Positions 52,401 through 64,000 of a stretch of DNA of 64,000 bases are shown here, piece after piece. The notes under the pieces were generated by a model. That model was not told where the DNA came from. It did no database searches and worked only from the letters and a program-made list of their open reading frames with translations. Origin of the DNA: Hemiscyllium ocellatum (Eukaryota); NCBI RefSeq assembly GCF_020745735.1, contig NC_083401.1, positions 112,837,740-112,901,739 of the forward strand. Reading direction: 5' to 3'. A program made the translations under genes and the position numbers. How positions within the stretch are numbered: the first letter of the stretch is position 1; each line of letters opens with the position of its first letter.

Positions 52401-52885
52401 TATTTTTATATTCTTATCTTTATGAAAAGAATTAGCAATATCAATCCAAACAAATTATTTGTGAATGATGCAAATACTGAAGATAGGAATTAAAATTAGA
52501 AGCTAAATCTGGGAAGGGGCCAAATTGAACTTTTTATCTGTAAAGTAAGTGATTAATCAAATTAGCTGGTGGAGACAGATATTGAAGAGGACATTACAAA
52601 TTAGTTCAGGAGACAATTAGATGCACTTCTATAGACTAAATACATTGAAAGGTATGATGAAAGGCCAGTACATTAGATAAATCAATGAAGGAAGAATGCA
52701 CTAATTTTCTAATGGATAATGCTGAATATGTGAAAATATTTGAGAAGCTGAAACATCTCTGGATTCTACTGATCATAAGGGACCATTTGGAACAATCCTC
52801 AAGACCATTCCTTGTGGACCCAATCAGCAGCACAATTCAGTATGCACTATTATTCATTGGTCAGTGAGCTTAAACTGAACCTGAC

Positions 52886-53056
52886 CTGGCAGATTGTGCG
52901 TACTGCACCCAGGAATTCTTCAACCATGTAAAGCTTCCCACTGCAATTGAACCACAGAACACCTCCTCCCATATCCATATGCAGACTCTCACAGAGGCCA
53001 GAAGAACAACTGGTTTGGCAAATCTGACTGCCATTGTTGGCGGGGTAGGAGAAGAT
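52886..53056 (-). other. Unverified candidate coding exon (171 nt, phase 0-0)
   Basis: ggcAG|ATC...CAG|GTcagg; stop-free 57-aa IFSYPANNGSQICQ...LYMVEEFLGAVRTICQ; no homolog recognised; weak polypyrimidine tract. Confidence 0.2.
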
Positions 53057-54745
53057 CTGCCAAAGTTGTTGAAATCTCCATAAATACCTTTGAACATGTC
53101 AAATTTGATTCAATTATTGGCCACATCAAATCTTGAACCTATTTCTAAAGCCAGTTGAAGTTGTCTCGTGGTCTTTTACTGGCCACTAGATAAAATGCCA
53201 TCTCTTTCAAATCTTTTGGTCAAAGCAGATTCAACAATTAACTTTGGTAATTGTCAAATATAAAATGACGACTTTATTCCTGGATGACTTTAGAGTATAT
53301 TTTTACTCATGTCATGCCATAACTAATCTGGACAGTTTCACATCTCTCACATATTTTTATAAAATTAACTATGAAAATTACAATATAAAATAAAACTTTT
53401 TGTTCAACAACTAATCGATGCTCTGCTTATAATGGAAAATTCATATAAAGGGGACTTCTCATTTAGAATTTATCTGGGATCTCACAGATAGAGTTAAAAT
53501 TGTGACTGTAAATTGACTACTCCCTGTGGTTTTGAAGGTGTCAGAGGTGCAGAAGTTCATGGTTGTGGAAGCTTTTTCAAATTGCAGCTAACACAATAAC
53601 AATCAAAGAGGGCAATTGCTGGTTTGAATGCAATTGATGTCAGATGTCAGTGAGAGCTGGTAAAAATAACATAGATGCTGCTTTCTGTCACTTAGTTCTT
53701 GACTGGCAAATTATTCTGACAGAACAATGTCTTATCTTACAGGTTATCTTTTGTTTTTCTCTATTTTCTCTCTGTTGTTGCTAGGCTGTTAATTCTCAAG
53801 TGAATATTCCACTCCCATGAGATAGTGCTATACTCATTAACAAAGCTAAAATATTCAGTGTGCTCTCACAGTATTTACTATTACTTCAATTATGTCTTAT
53901 AACACATCTGTATGGTTCCAGTAATTGATACATAATATCCCTGTATGACTTTCTTCAGACAAAACCTTCTCTTCAAAATTTGTCTAATTTTGTGTCTTAC
54001 TAAATTTGCATTAATGCATCATACTTATGATTAGCTTAATATGAAACACAGAAATTTAAGCTAATTATGACAAAGATAGTTTAATGTTAGAACGAAAATG
54101 CAACAAGGCTATAGTCACTAAGTTGGAATGGTGTTGCAATCTCTGTGAAGCTGGTAATATTTAAGCTGATATTTGAGTTCTCAGTTATTAACAGAAATAA
54201 CTGCACACAAGATTTTATGTATTAAAACAAAAAAAAGTCTTTACTATCTAGGAGATACATCTCAAAACTAATTTCATTGGAATCCATGAGTTCCCCATAC
54301 AATACAAGATTTCAAGGATCAAACAAATGTATGCCAAAACACTCAGGAATTCACCAGGTTCTAGCTTTTGTGTAATTTATAAGATTTCTTGGGATACTTC
54401 CACCACTATTAATGAGGTGACCTTTCTTTTCCTTTATTATCTTAAACTGTGGGTTCTCTCACTCAAGCATGGGCTTCATTCAAAGTTCCAAAACTGTGGC
54501 TTTAAATCAAAAGCATCCTGTGCTGTTCTTGTTGCTTTTCAGCTTCTGGAAATAATTTCCTTTATGGCTCTTACTTCTAGCCTGGCTGCTTCCAAGATTC
54601 TGAATAATACTGTCTATGTAAAATCACAGAGATAAAACAAAATAAAAGGCATTTTTTGTAATTTTCCAGATAAAAATTTTGCACCGATTAACTTTATTTT
54701 AGAAACTATCCCTTTGATGTGGAGCAAATAATTTAAATTCCTTTT

Positions 54746-55054
54746 CTGGAAACTGTAGACATCCTGCATCCAACGGGAAATTAGTGAGGAATCAACTGTT
54801 GTTAAGACTGTTTGACAAACAGGCATTTATCTTCTATTTAAAATTATCATACACTCAAACTAAATGTTATATTTACAAAAGTTATGAATAATAAATAATA
54901 GAAATTAATAACATTAGGATAGTTTTGAGTTAGCAATTCTGTCTATACTTTTTAATGAAACAAAATGTGACAATTACAGAATAATAAAAGATCCATGAAA
55001 TTGTCCTGATATATGTAGTTGTCTTCAGTAGCCTAATAGATATGATATTTAATT
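54746..55054 (+). repeat. Donor arm of ~305-bp inverted local duplication
   Basis: Aligns end-to-end with the reverse complement of 55876-56181. Confidence 0.9.
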
Positions 55055-55875
55055 TGCAATCCTACTATGGCACAGTGAAATTGGATTCAACAAAGGAAAA
55101 TTAGACATGATAGCTGTTCTTATATCGTAAATATTCTAACCGGCTTGCTAATGGCCTTCTTGTAAGGGACCTACAAAACCTAATAAGTCTGAATGCTCTA
55201 ACTTCAGTTTTTGCCTTGACAGTGTTTTTATATTCAAAGACTAAATAAAATAAAGATAAAGTTGATCAAAATTTAAGGGTTTCGTGAAGTAAGCCATTAT
55301 GCTGAAAATCAGCAATAATCTTCATTTTGGTGTAAATTAACATTACACTGAAATTCATGATCAAAGGAATCATGATGGCTCTATTTCATATAATTTTATG
55401 CATCAAAGCAACTTCACAGGCTTTGAAGATAACTGGATGTAGGCTTTGAAACATCAATGTCCTACTTATTACATGTGGTCAGCAACAAAATGAATATGAT
55501 ATACAAAATAGCTGCATGATAGTAATTTAGAAACATACAAAGTAAACATGATAGGAAACATTCTCCTCGATATGGTCTCACACAGTATTCTAAATTGAGA
55601 GTGTTCCTAGTTATCACATTCCACATTCTAATATTATTTTTGCATGGCACAAAGCTGCTTTGCATGAATAGCAAATTATTAAAATATTAGCCTGATTGTA
55701 AGAATTAATTGTTATTTTCTTGAAAAAAATGATTTGTTGGCAAAATTGAAGAATAAAATGATAAAAAAACTACTAAAAAAAGAAGATTCAATAGATAGTG
55801 AGAGGCATTGTGAATCAGTGGTTAGCACTGCTGCCTCACAGAGCCAGGGACCCAGATTTTATTCTAGCCTCAAGG

Positions 55876-56181
55876 AATTTAGTATCATATCTATTAAGCT
55901 ACTGAAGACAGCTACATGTGTCAGGCCAATTTTATGGATCTTCTGTTCATCTGCAATTGTTACAGTTTGGTCCATTATAAAGTATAGATAGAATTAGTAA
56001 TTTTAAGCTATCCTAATATTATTAACTTTTATTTATTGTTCATAACTTTTGTAAGTAAAACATTTAGTTTCAGTGTTTGATATTTTTAAGTATAAATGCA
56101 TATGCCTGTTGTCAAGCTGTCTCGACAATAGTTGAACCCTCACTAATCTCTCATTGGATGCAGGATGCCTTCAATTTCCAG
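55876..56181 (-). repeat. Inverted copy of 54746-55054 inserted within an HE1 SINE
   Basis: Shared blocks catcctgcatccaa, ttacaaaagttatgaa, tgtcttcagtagc, taatagatatgata. Confidence 0.9.
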
Positions 56182-56253
56182 GTCTGTGTGGAGTTTGCAC
56201 ATTCTTCCTGCGTCTGTGTGATTTTCCTCTGGATGCTCTGGTTTCCTCTCATA

Positions 56254-56340
56254 GTTGAAAAATGTGTTGCTTGAAAAGCGCAGCAGGTCAGGCAGCATCA
56301 AAGGAGTAGGAGAATCGACGTTTTGGGCATAAGCCCTTCT
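56254..56340 (-). mobile_element. Penelope-like module inserted in HE1 SINE
   Basis: gaaaagcgcagcaggtcaggcagcatc..ggagaatcgacgttttgggcataagcccttct. Confidence 0.85.
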
Positions 56341-56699
56341 CCCAAGATGTGCAAGTTAGGTGACTTGGTCATGCTGAATTGTCCATCGCGTTCAGGGATA
56401 TGTAGGTAAGTTGCATTAGTAATGGGAAATGTAAAGTAATAGGATAGGGGAATGGGTCTGGGTGGGATACTCTTTGGAGGGTCAGTGTGAACTTGTTGGG
56501 CAAAATGGCCTGTTTCCACACTCTAGGGATTCTATGATGATTCAATGAAGTATACTTCTCAAGGCAAATGAAACTTATTACAATTCCAGCAGATGGTCAT
56601 AATGGACATTGATCGCAGAGTGAAACCTGTTTTGACAGATGATAAGTTCTATTTTTGCTATTTGTTTATTGTGGTGGTCAGCTACTGAACATATTCAAA

Positions 56700-57570
56700 A
56701 GAAAGCTGTAAATCTTTGGTGGGACTAGATGACATAAATGTAGGAAGGATGACCATAGAGTCCAGAACCAGAGGTCACAGTTTAAGGATTTGAGGTAGGC
56801 CTTTCAGGACTGAGAAGGATCCATTCCCAAAGAATGGTGAGCAAATAGAATTCTTTGCCACAGAAAGTGGTTGACACCATTTTTTTAAAAAGAAAGAGTT
56901 AGAAATAGTTCTGAGCACTAGAGAGACGAAATGATATCCAGAAGAAAGCAGGAACAAGGTACTGAGTTGGATGATCAGCCATGATCATATTGATTAGTGG
57001 AATCAACTCAAAGGGCTAAAAAGTCTCTTCCTGCTCCTAGCGTCTACGTTTCTATGGCTGACTAACTATCTCAGTTCCACTTCCCCATATTACCTCTTAA
57101 TACCAATTTTCTCCAGAAAACTATTGATTTCTATCTTGACTCTTCTCAATAATTGAACTCCCACAGCATCTTGGGCAGGAAATTCAAAAAACTTCACTCC
57201 CTTCTGCATGAAGAAATTCATCCTTCTCTCAATTTTAAATGAAATAAACCTTACCCTGAGATCTGCTGGTTTAAGACATCCAGCCAGAAATAATTCTGTC
57301 ATTCTGTTAAGCCTTTAATGATAGTAAACCTCATTTTTTGAAACTCTATGGAATATACACCCAGTTTTCTCAATTTCACCTTATAAGAAACACCTGCTAT
57401 CCTAGGCTTTAATCCATTGAGCCTCCGTGACACTGTGACTATGACAAATATATCCCTCCTTAGATAAGAGGATCAAAACTGTGCACACTAGTGCATATAT
57501 AGTCTTACCAAGGCTCTAACCAACTGTAGCAAGATGTCTATCCAATTGTTCATAAATCTTCTCTCAATGA
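56700..57570. mobile_element. Two CR1 3' fragments in opposite orientation (+ 56700-57055, - 57075-57570)
   Basis: gagtccagaaccagaggtcacagtttaagg...gatcagccatgatcatattga...cttcctgctcct; then minus-strand RT C-terminal remnants. Confidence 0.7.
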
Positions 57571-59463
57571 AAGCATTATTTGGAAGTGTTTGGAAGGCAT
57601 ACCACTGGCTTTCACAACTGAGTGCTGCATATGGCAACTTAATGAATACCTCCAGGTTGTTTCCCATTGGTGGCCAGCAGGGGGTATTAAGGATTGTTCA
57701 GAAGCCTGGCTTGTCACTTTAGCCAGCTCCAGTTTGTGAAATGGGGTAGGTGGACCAGTGGGTGGGATATCTTGGTGTAGTTACCTTACTGGATTATTTT
57801 CCCTCACAGGTGCTCCCCCATCACCCAGCATCTCTATCAAGATTTCTATCTTCTCTTTCAGCCACCCTGGACCTCACCTCCCTATCCTACCTTCAGATTA
57901 CCAACATAAATCCAGACTGGAGTGAGAATTGTTTTAGTTCTGGCGACTGCTGTTGCTGATAATACAGAGCTGTTGGTGAGAATGATTTGCTGGCAATTCG
58001 TTAAGGTGCATCATCCTCCCAAGTAAGGGCAGAAAGTTTCACCTCCAGCTCCTTAGTGCTTAATCTTTGGATGGCAGGTGGAAAAGCTTCAATCCATGAA
58101 ATCCAGCCCATATAATAGGAGTATAAAAAGTGATAAAGGAAAACTTAATGAAGCACCATGGGTCAATCCCAATCTCATAAACCCTTCTTTTATCTGGATT
58201 GACCAATCCTTGGAAGAGTTGATTCAGTGAAGTGCAACATTTGTGACTATAAATAAAATAATGCATTAGGTAACTAAATCTTTAGAATTGACTGTTTCAG
58301 TTGCTATTCAATCGTTACCAATGAATAATTGATCAATGGCTTCTGAAGGTATTGTTACAACTAAAATAATCCAAGAAATGACACATCAGTTAAAGTTATT
58401 TGAATTGAGCATTCTTAAAAGGCAAATAAAGCTATTGACTTTTGCCTAAGACGATAAATTAGAAGAGTCTACAGCAGAAAGAATGAAACAGCTCATTAAA
58501 ATAAAAGCACAATGCAGATTATGTTTCATTGATACTGAATTGTTCACCTTTAGTAAGCAGAGCATAGAATTTAAGGAATGACTTTCATACAAGCAAAACA
58601 ATAATGCCTTCAACAGAAGACCATGAAAATGGCTAGGTAATAATAATGAATAAAGTCAATTATATTTTTGAAGCAGAGAGGACTGTAGAATGCATATTAA
58701 TGACGAAAACCCATATCTAGTCAAAATAACACACAAGAAAAGATTAAAATGGAGGAAAAAAAACTTACATAACTGCAAATGTTTTTGTAAGATCAGAGAA
58801 GCATGATTTTAAATTGTTTCTAATCTTTTCAGTGATAGACTCAGACATGTTCTCTGATTCTTTCATTTGTGTAATTGATAATATACGGTTTGATTAATTA
58901 CTTCTTAAGAACCATTAAGTACATCAAAATTATCAAAAGCCTTGCACATTAGAATTTCAAGAAGTATTATTACAGCCTCTTGAATTGTATGAATACTGTT
59001 TTTGTTGAGTTGTTTTTCATTTGAAGTAAATAAACCAATGATTTTTTTTTCTCTGAGTGTTGTCACAGACATTGCTTCCATTGGTAGTCTACAGTCAAAA
59101 TGCATATTATCATCATGACAGGTGATTTGTTCCATCTCCACATCCTTAAAATGAGCACATCACCATCTTGAAGGTGAGCCAAAGAGAAAACAGACAATGC
59201 ATTGTTTTATTTATTTATGGGATGCAAGGGATGTGAAGGAAATTGTGAATCATCAACACATTATTGGTTGATTTTTACCACTCTGCCATTAAACTCATGA
59301 AAATGTCAGCCCATCTTCCTGTGAATTTCAGAAATTTGCTTCATTTGTCCATTGGTTGCTGTGGAGAGTTAGGGTAAATATAAAACACTGCAATTTGTTG
59401 GTACTTTGTCTCATTTCCATTGTCTCTTAATTCATCTTTCTTCCCTTGTTATGTTCTTTGATA

Positions 59464-59690
59464 GGAGGAGAAAGTGAAGACTGCTGATGCTGGAGATCAG
59501 AGCTGAAAATGTGTTGCTGGAAAAGTGCAGCAGGTCAGGCAGTATCCAAGGAGCAGGAGAATCGATGTTTCGGGTATGAGCCCTTCTTCAGGTTGATTCC
59601 TGAAGAAGGACTCATGCCCGAAATGTCGATTCTCCTGCTCCTTGGATGCTGCCTGATTGGCTGCGCTTTCTCAGCAACACATTTTCAGCT
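59464..59690. mobile_element. Palindromic Penelope-like module with hammerhead motif on both strands and 14-bp TSD
   Basis: CTGAAGA on minus (59585-91) and plus (59600-06); TSD tatg(t/g)tctttgata at 59450-63 and 59690-703. Confidence 0.9.
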
Positions 59691-59999
59691 ATGGTCTTTG
59701 ATAACCAATTTGACCATTTCATCCTTTCTAACAACGTACTCCTTAGTTTGTTTGCTGATATACTCTGCCAAGGTAAACAAATATCCCGTAGCCTCCTTTT
59801 ACCTAACGCTGTTGTTTAAAATATCATGGTTACAAAGATACTGATAAGTTATTCATTAAACTCCTTTGGACACAGAAAACCCAAATGCCATGAGTTCAAA
59901 TTTAAAAAATCCAAACTCAAAACTAAATAATATTTAGAAATGTATAAATCAGGTTGAAATAGTTCACCCATGAAGCATGATGGTCATTTAATCAACTCA

Positions 60000-61950
60000 C
60001 TGAAGGTGGAGAGTCAACAAATATTTCCATCCTTAGCAATGAATGAATCTGGAACATTAGTACTAAAGTCTGAGCTGAAGTATTTGCAAGCATTTTGAGC
60101 CAGAGTGCTGAGTGGATGATCCATTTTGGGCTTCATCTAAGGTCTCAGTATCATAAATACCAATCTTTAACCAATTTTATTCACTCCAAGAAATAGCTAA
60201 TGCATTGGATACTGTTAGGGCAATGGGCTCTGTCAATATTCCAACAATAGTACTGAAAACGTGTTCTCGAGAAAAAGCTTTGACCTTTGCCAAGCTGTTG
60301 AGATATAGCTGTAACACTCATATCTACTTGGTAATGTGGAAAATTGTTCAAGTTAGTAGTGTCCAAACGTCAGGTGAAACTAAACTTGATCAATTGTCAT
60401 CTAATCAGGCCACTATCAATTACCAGCATAGTGATTGTGAGTTTCATCACCAATGTTATCAAGCAGCACTTATTCAGCAATAAACTCTTTGCTGATGACC
60501 AGTTTTAAATCAATCAGCTCATAATCTTGATATAGCCTTGATTCAAATGTAACCAAAAGAGCTGAAATGTAGAGGTGAGTTGAAAATTACTGCTATTAAA
60601 TTCTGGGCTGGATTTGATGGATTAGAACATCAAGGAACTCCAGACGACCAGGAGTCAATGGGATTCATTGGGAAAACTTTCCACTGAATGGAGTCACACC
60701 AACATAAAGAAAGATGGTTATGGTTGTGGAGATCAATCATCACAAACTTAGGAGATCACCAGAGGAGTTCCTGAGGTCATATCCTCAGGCTAACTATCTT
60801 CAATGTCTTCTTTATTCTCATGGGATTTGAGCATCGCTGCATGGTCTGCATTTTTTATTGTCCGATGCGAGCTGCCCTTGAAAAAGTGTGATGAGCTGCC
60901 TTCTTGAATTGCTGCTGTCCACATTCTGTAGATTGATGTACAAGTCCCTTAAGGAAGGGAATTCCCAGGCGGGAATTAGGAAGGGAACTGCTTCATCAAT
61001 GGCCTTTCCACCGTAATCAGGTTGAGATGGGGATGTTTGCTGATGATTGCACAATGTTTAGCATCAGTTGCGATTTCTCCAGATACTGAATCAGTCCACA
61101 ACTCATTGCAAAAAATCCGGACAACAGGCAGTTGATTGACAAATTGAAAATAATACTTCAGTTGAACAATGACCAGGCAATAGTCATCTCCTACAAGACA
61201 GAATGGAACCTTGCCAATTCTGAAAATTGCCATTGAACATAAACTGAATGGTTATAAGGGCAGGGGAGACAACTTAAGTTCTGTGAAAAGTAACTCACAT
61301 GATGTTTCCCAGTGTCCATCTAGTATCTGCAAGGCAGAAGTCAGAATTGTGATGGAATATTCCCCACTTGAATGTATGCAGTTCCAAAAGCACTCAAGAA
61401 TTTCAACACTATCTAAGAGAATACCAGCCATTTGATTGACACCTCATCTACAACTTTTAATTTTTCACCAATGACAGCCATTAGCAGATGTGTATACTAT
61501 TTACAAGATGATCTGTGGTCACTTACCAAACCCCCTTAGTTAGCACCCACCCAGTCTGTGATGTCTACTACCTAGAAGGACAACGTCTGTAGTGGGAAGA
61601 GTGCCACCTGCAAGTTCCCCTTCAAGCCACACACTGTCTCCTTCCAGGAACTATATTTTCATTGCCTTACTCTCACTGGTACTACTTAAATAAAAGCCGA
61701 AAGAACTGTGATGCAGTAAATCAAAAACAAAACCATAAATTGCAGGAAAAGCTCAGCAGGCTTGTCAGTATCTGTGAAGAGAAATCAGAGTTATGTTTTG
61801 GGTCTGGTGACCCTTCCTCAGAAGTGCCTGGTACTCCTTTCCTAGCAGCACTGTTGGTGCCCCAATACCCAAACTACTACAACAAGTTCAAGAAGGTAGC
61901 TCAGCTCTGATCTTCTGAAGGGATAATTAATACTATCCCATGAACAGAAA
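60000..61950 (+). mobile_element. Decayed CR1/L2-superfamily LINE ORF2 and 3' end
   Basis: AMGSVNIPTIVLKTC, GVPEV..LG, MFADDCTMF (61034), VRIVMEYSPL; nested fragments at ~60810-61010 and 61722. Confidence 0.8.
61722..61823 (-). mobile_element. Penelope-like module (second subfamily), decayed hammerhead
   Basis: Minus strand ttCTGAGGAagggtcaccagacccAAAAcataact. Confidence 0.7.
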
Positions 61951-62329
61951 CAAAAATAACACGTTGCAGTCAGAGCTCCATAGAACCAAGAGTCAGATTT
62001 GAGAACAGAGAGGGAATCCTTCCATCAATGGCCAGCACAGTTATGTGGCAGGAATTTCTACATGAGTACATCCATGCAGAGTGGACATGATGCTTGTGTC
62101 CTTTACAACTCCCAAATGCCACCAATGCTTGCTTCCCTAAATCATAAGCAAGGATGCTGATCAGTCGCAAGGGGTATCCTTAAAGACATAACTAAGTGCC
62201 CCCCCCCTACTGAAAACACTGTGCCAAGTGCTTGGGTAAGCATGCTGGCCACTTTGCCAGCTTGCATCATATGAATTGTGTCAACATCCTCTTGTGGTCT
62301 GGGATTCAGAAGGCTCCAACCTACCGTAA

Positions 62330-62880
62330 GACCATAAGAAATAGGAATCGAAGTACTCTGTTTGGCCCTTGAGCCTGCTTCACCATTCAATAGGAGGATG
62401 GTTTTTTTCAACATTCTTCACATCCACTTTTCTGCCCTTTCCTTGAAACCTTTAACTCCTCTTCTGATCAGTAGTGTATTTATCTCAGTCTTAAATATAC
62501 ACTAGAATTCTGACCTCATAGTTCTCAATGGCAAAGGGCTGCACAGACTTACAACCCTCTGAGAAAAGAAATTCCTTCTCAGCTCAGTCTGAAATTGGTG
62601 CCCCTTTATTGCGATAATACCCTGTGGTCCTAGACCTTCCCATATGGAGAAACATTCTCTCAACATTTGCACTGTCCAACCCTTAACAATTCAACTTACC
62701 ATAAGAAATAGGAGGAGGAATAGATTATTTCACTTTACCATTTAATGTTTCAATGAGATCACCTCTCATTCTTCCAAGTTCCAATGAGTAGAGTCCCAAC
62801 CAGTTTAACACTTGCTGATAAGGCAATCCCACAATACCAGGACTATCCACGTGAACCTTCTCTGAACAGCCTCCATTGTC
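62330..62880 (-). mobile_element. CR1 3' fragment
   Basis: accataagaaatagga...ggcccttgagcctgct...accctctgagaaaagaaattcctt...agatcacctctcattcttc. Confidence 0.75.
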
Positions 62881-62984
62881 TATGGGGGGTCTCCTGGAGG
62901 TGCAATGTCCTCAGCCTGACCAGATGGATGCAGTTTGGTCACTGGCAGAGAGGAGGCAGAGGAATACAGCACAGTAGAAGCATT

Positions 62985-63300
62985 ATAGAATCATGGAATC
63001 CTTACAGCGTGAAAGCAGGCCCATCGACTCACACCATCCTACTGAAGCATCCCACCCAGATTCACTCTACACCTGTAACCCTGCATTTCCCATGAAATTG
63101 ATCTAGCCTACACATCCCTGAATACTACAGGACAATTTAGCACGGCCAATCCACCTGACCTGCACATCTATGGGAGGAAACCGGAGCACCCCGAGGAAAC
63201 CCATAGAAACATGGGAAGGATGTGCAAACTCCCCACATACAGTCATCTGAGGCTGGAATTGTGAGGGAGCAGTGTTAACTATTGAGCCACAATGCTGCCC
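62985..63300 (-). mobile_element. HE1-type SINE
   Basis: tgggaggaaaccggagcaccccgaggaaacccat...gtgcaaactcc...gagcagtgttaactattgagccacaatgctgccc. Confidence 0.9.
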
Positions 63301-64000
63301 ATCACTGTGTCCTGAGATGACAATCCCTGCACACCTGGCCTTTGATCCTCCTCCCAGTCACTGGTCATTTATACATCCCTTACTCCTTTAGGGGTTGGCC
63401 ATCTACTGGGAGGTCAATTATTCCACTGGTCCTCTCAACTGGAGAGTGAATGAATACACACAGTGCTCAAGCAAATGAGTGAATATCTTTTACTTGTCAA
63501 TACACTTACCTCATCCCTTCCAGTTGTGGCTGCAGCCATTCTATTTCCCATTACATCGTTTTGATTTCTGCAAAAATGTTCTTTGGGTTTAAATTTCCAA
63601 CCTCCACCTCTACATGTGTATGAGGCCCTGAATGCCCAGGTCCCCTTCCTGATACCAGTTCCTGTGAACCTGTTAGGGATTACACTTCCCTTGGAACCCT
63701 TTCCAGCTCCTTTCTGTGAGCCTATTCCTGCCCACCTTTCTTCCCAATAATCAAACAGAAATCAATCTTCCACATCATAATCTTTCAGCTGCACCAACCT
63801 CTGTACAGTCCATGTGCAGTATTGGTTTCCACAGTGCACACAGAATAGTACCCAGAAAATCTCCCTACATCAGCAGAAACTTTGGCAACTCATTACTGCT
63901 GGGTTAGAATTTCCCCTCAATGCCCAGAAATTAGTCAAAAGCTATAACAAGTTGCTCCCAGCATTTAGAAACACTAGGAGTGACAATGAAATTAATGATG

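Larger units (their letters stand above)
55800..56545 (+). mobile_element. HE1-type SINE, interrupted twice
   Basis: tcagtggttagcactgctgcctcacag..agggaccc (55814-75) | gtctgtgtggagtttgcacattct (56182-) | cccaagatgtgcaag...ggcctgtttccacactctagggattctatga. Confidence 0.9.

Overview
AT-rich, CpG-depleted eukaryotic DNA. The repeat content (HE1-type SINEs, CR1 LINEs with (CTATGACT)n tails, Penelope-like termini) points to a shark or other elasmobranch, possibly a carpet/bamboo shark (inference). I see no intact protein-coding gene. Nearly all listed ORFs are chance ORFs or transposon relics, so the window is probably intergenic or a large intron. It is a nested mosaic of CR1/L2 LINEs, HE1 and other tRNA SINEs, Gypsy-type solo LTRs, decayed PIF/Harbinger elements and a Tigger-type MITE. 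Four signals stand out. (1) About 13 short Penelope-like terminal modules carry a minimal hammerhead-ribozyme motif (CUGANGA-stem II-GAAACGUC). Almost all are truncated or folded back exactly at the 5' edge of the ribozyme, and four have 14-15 bp target-site duplications (TSDs). (2) A ~305 bp inverted copy of nearby unique DNA is patched into the middle of an HE1 SINE. (3) A composite element has a ~35-copy 31-bp VNTR and a LINE-type 3' tail, an SVA-like architecture. (4) A ~5 kb TAA-flanked Harbinger element splits a CR1 ORF1. Repeat family names come from recalled motifs, not database searches, and boundaries of old repeats are approximate.
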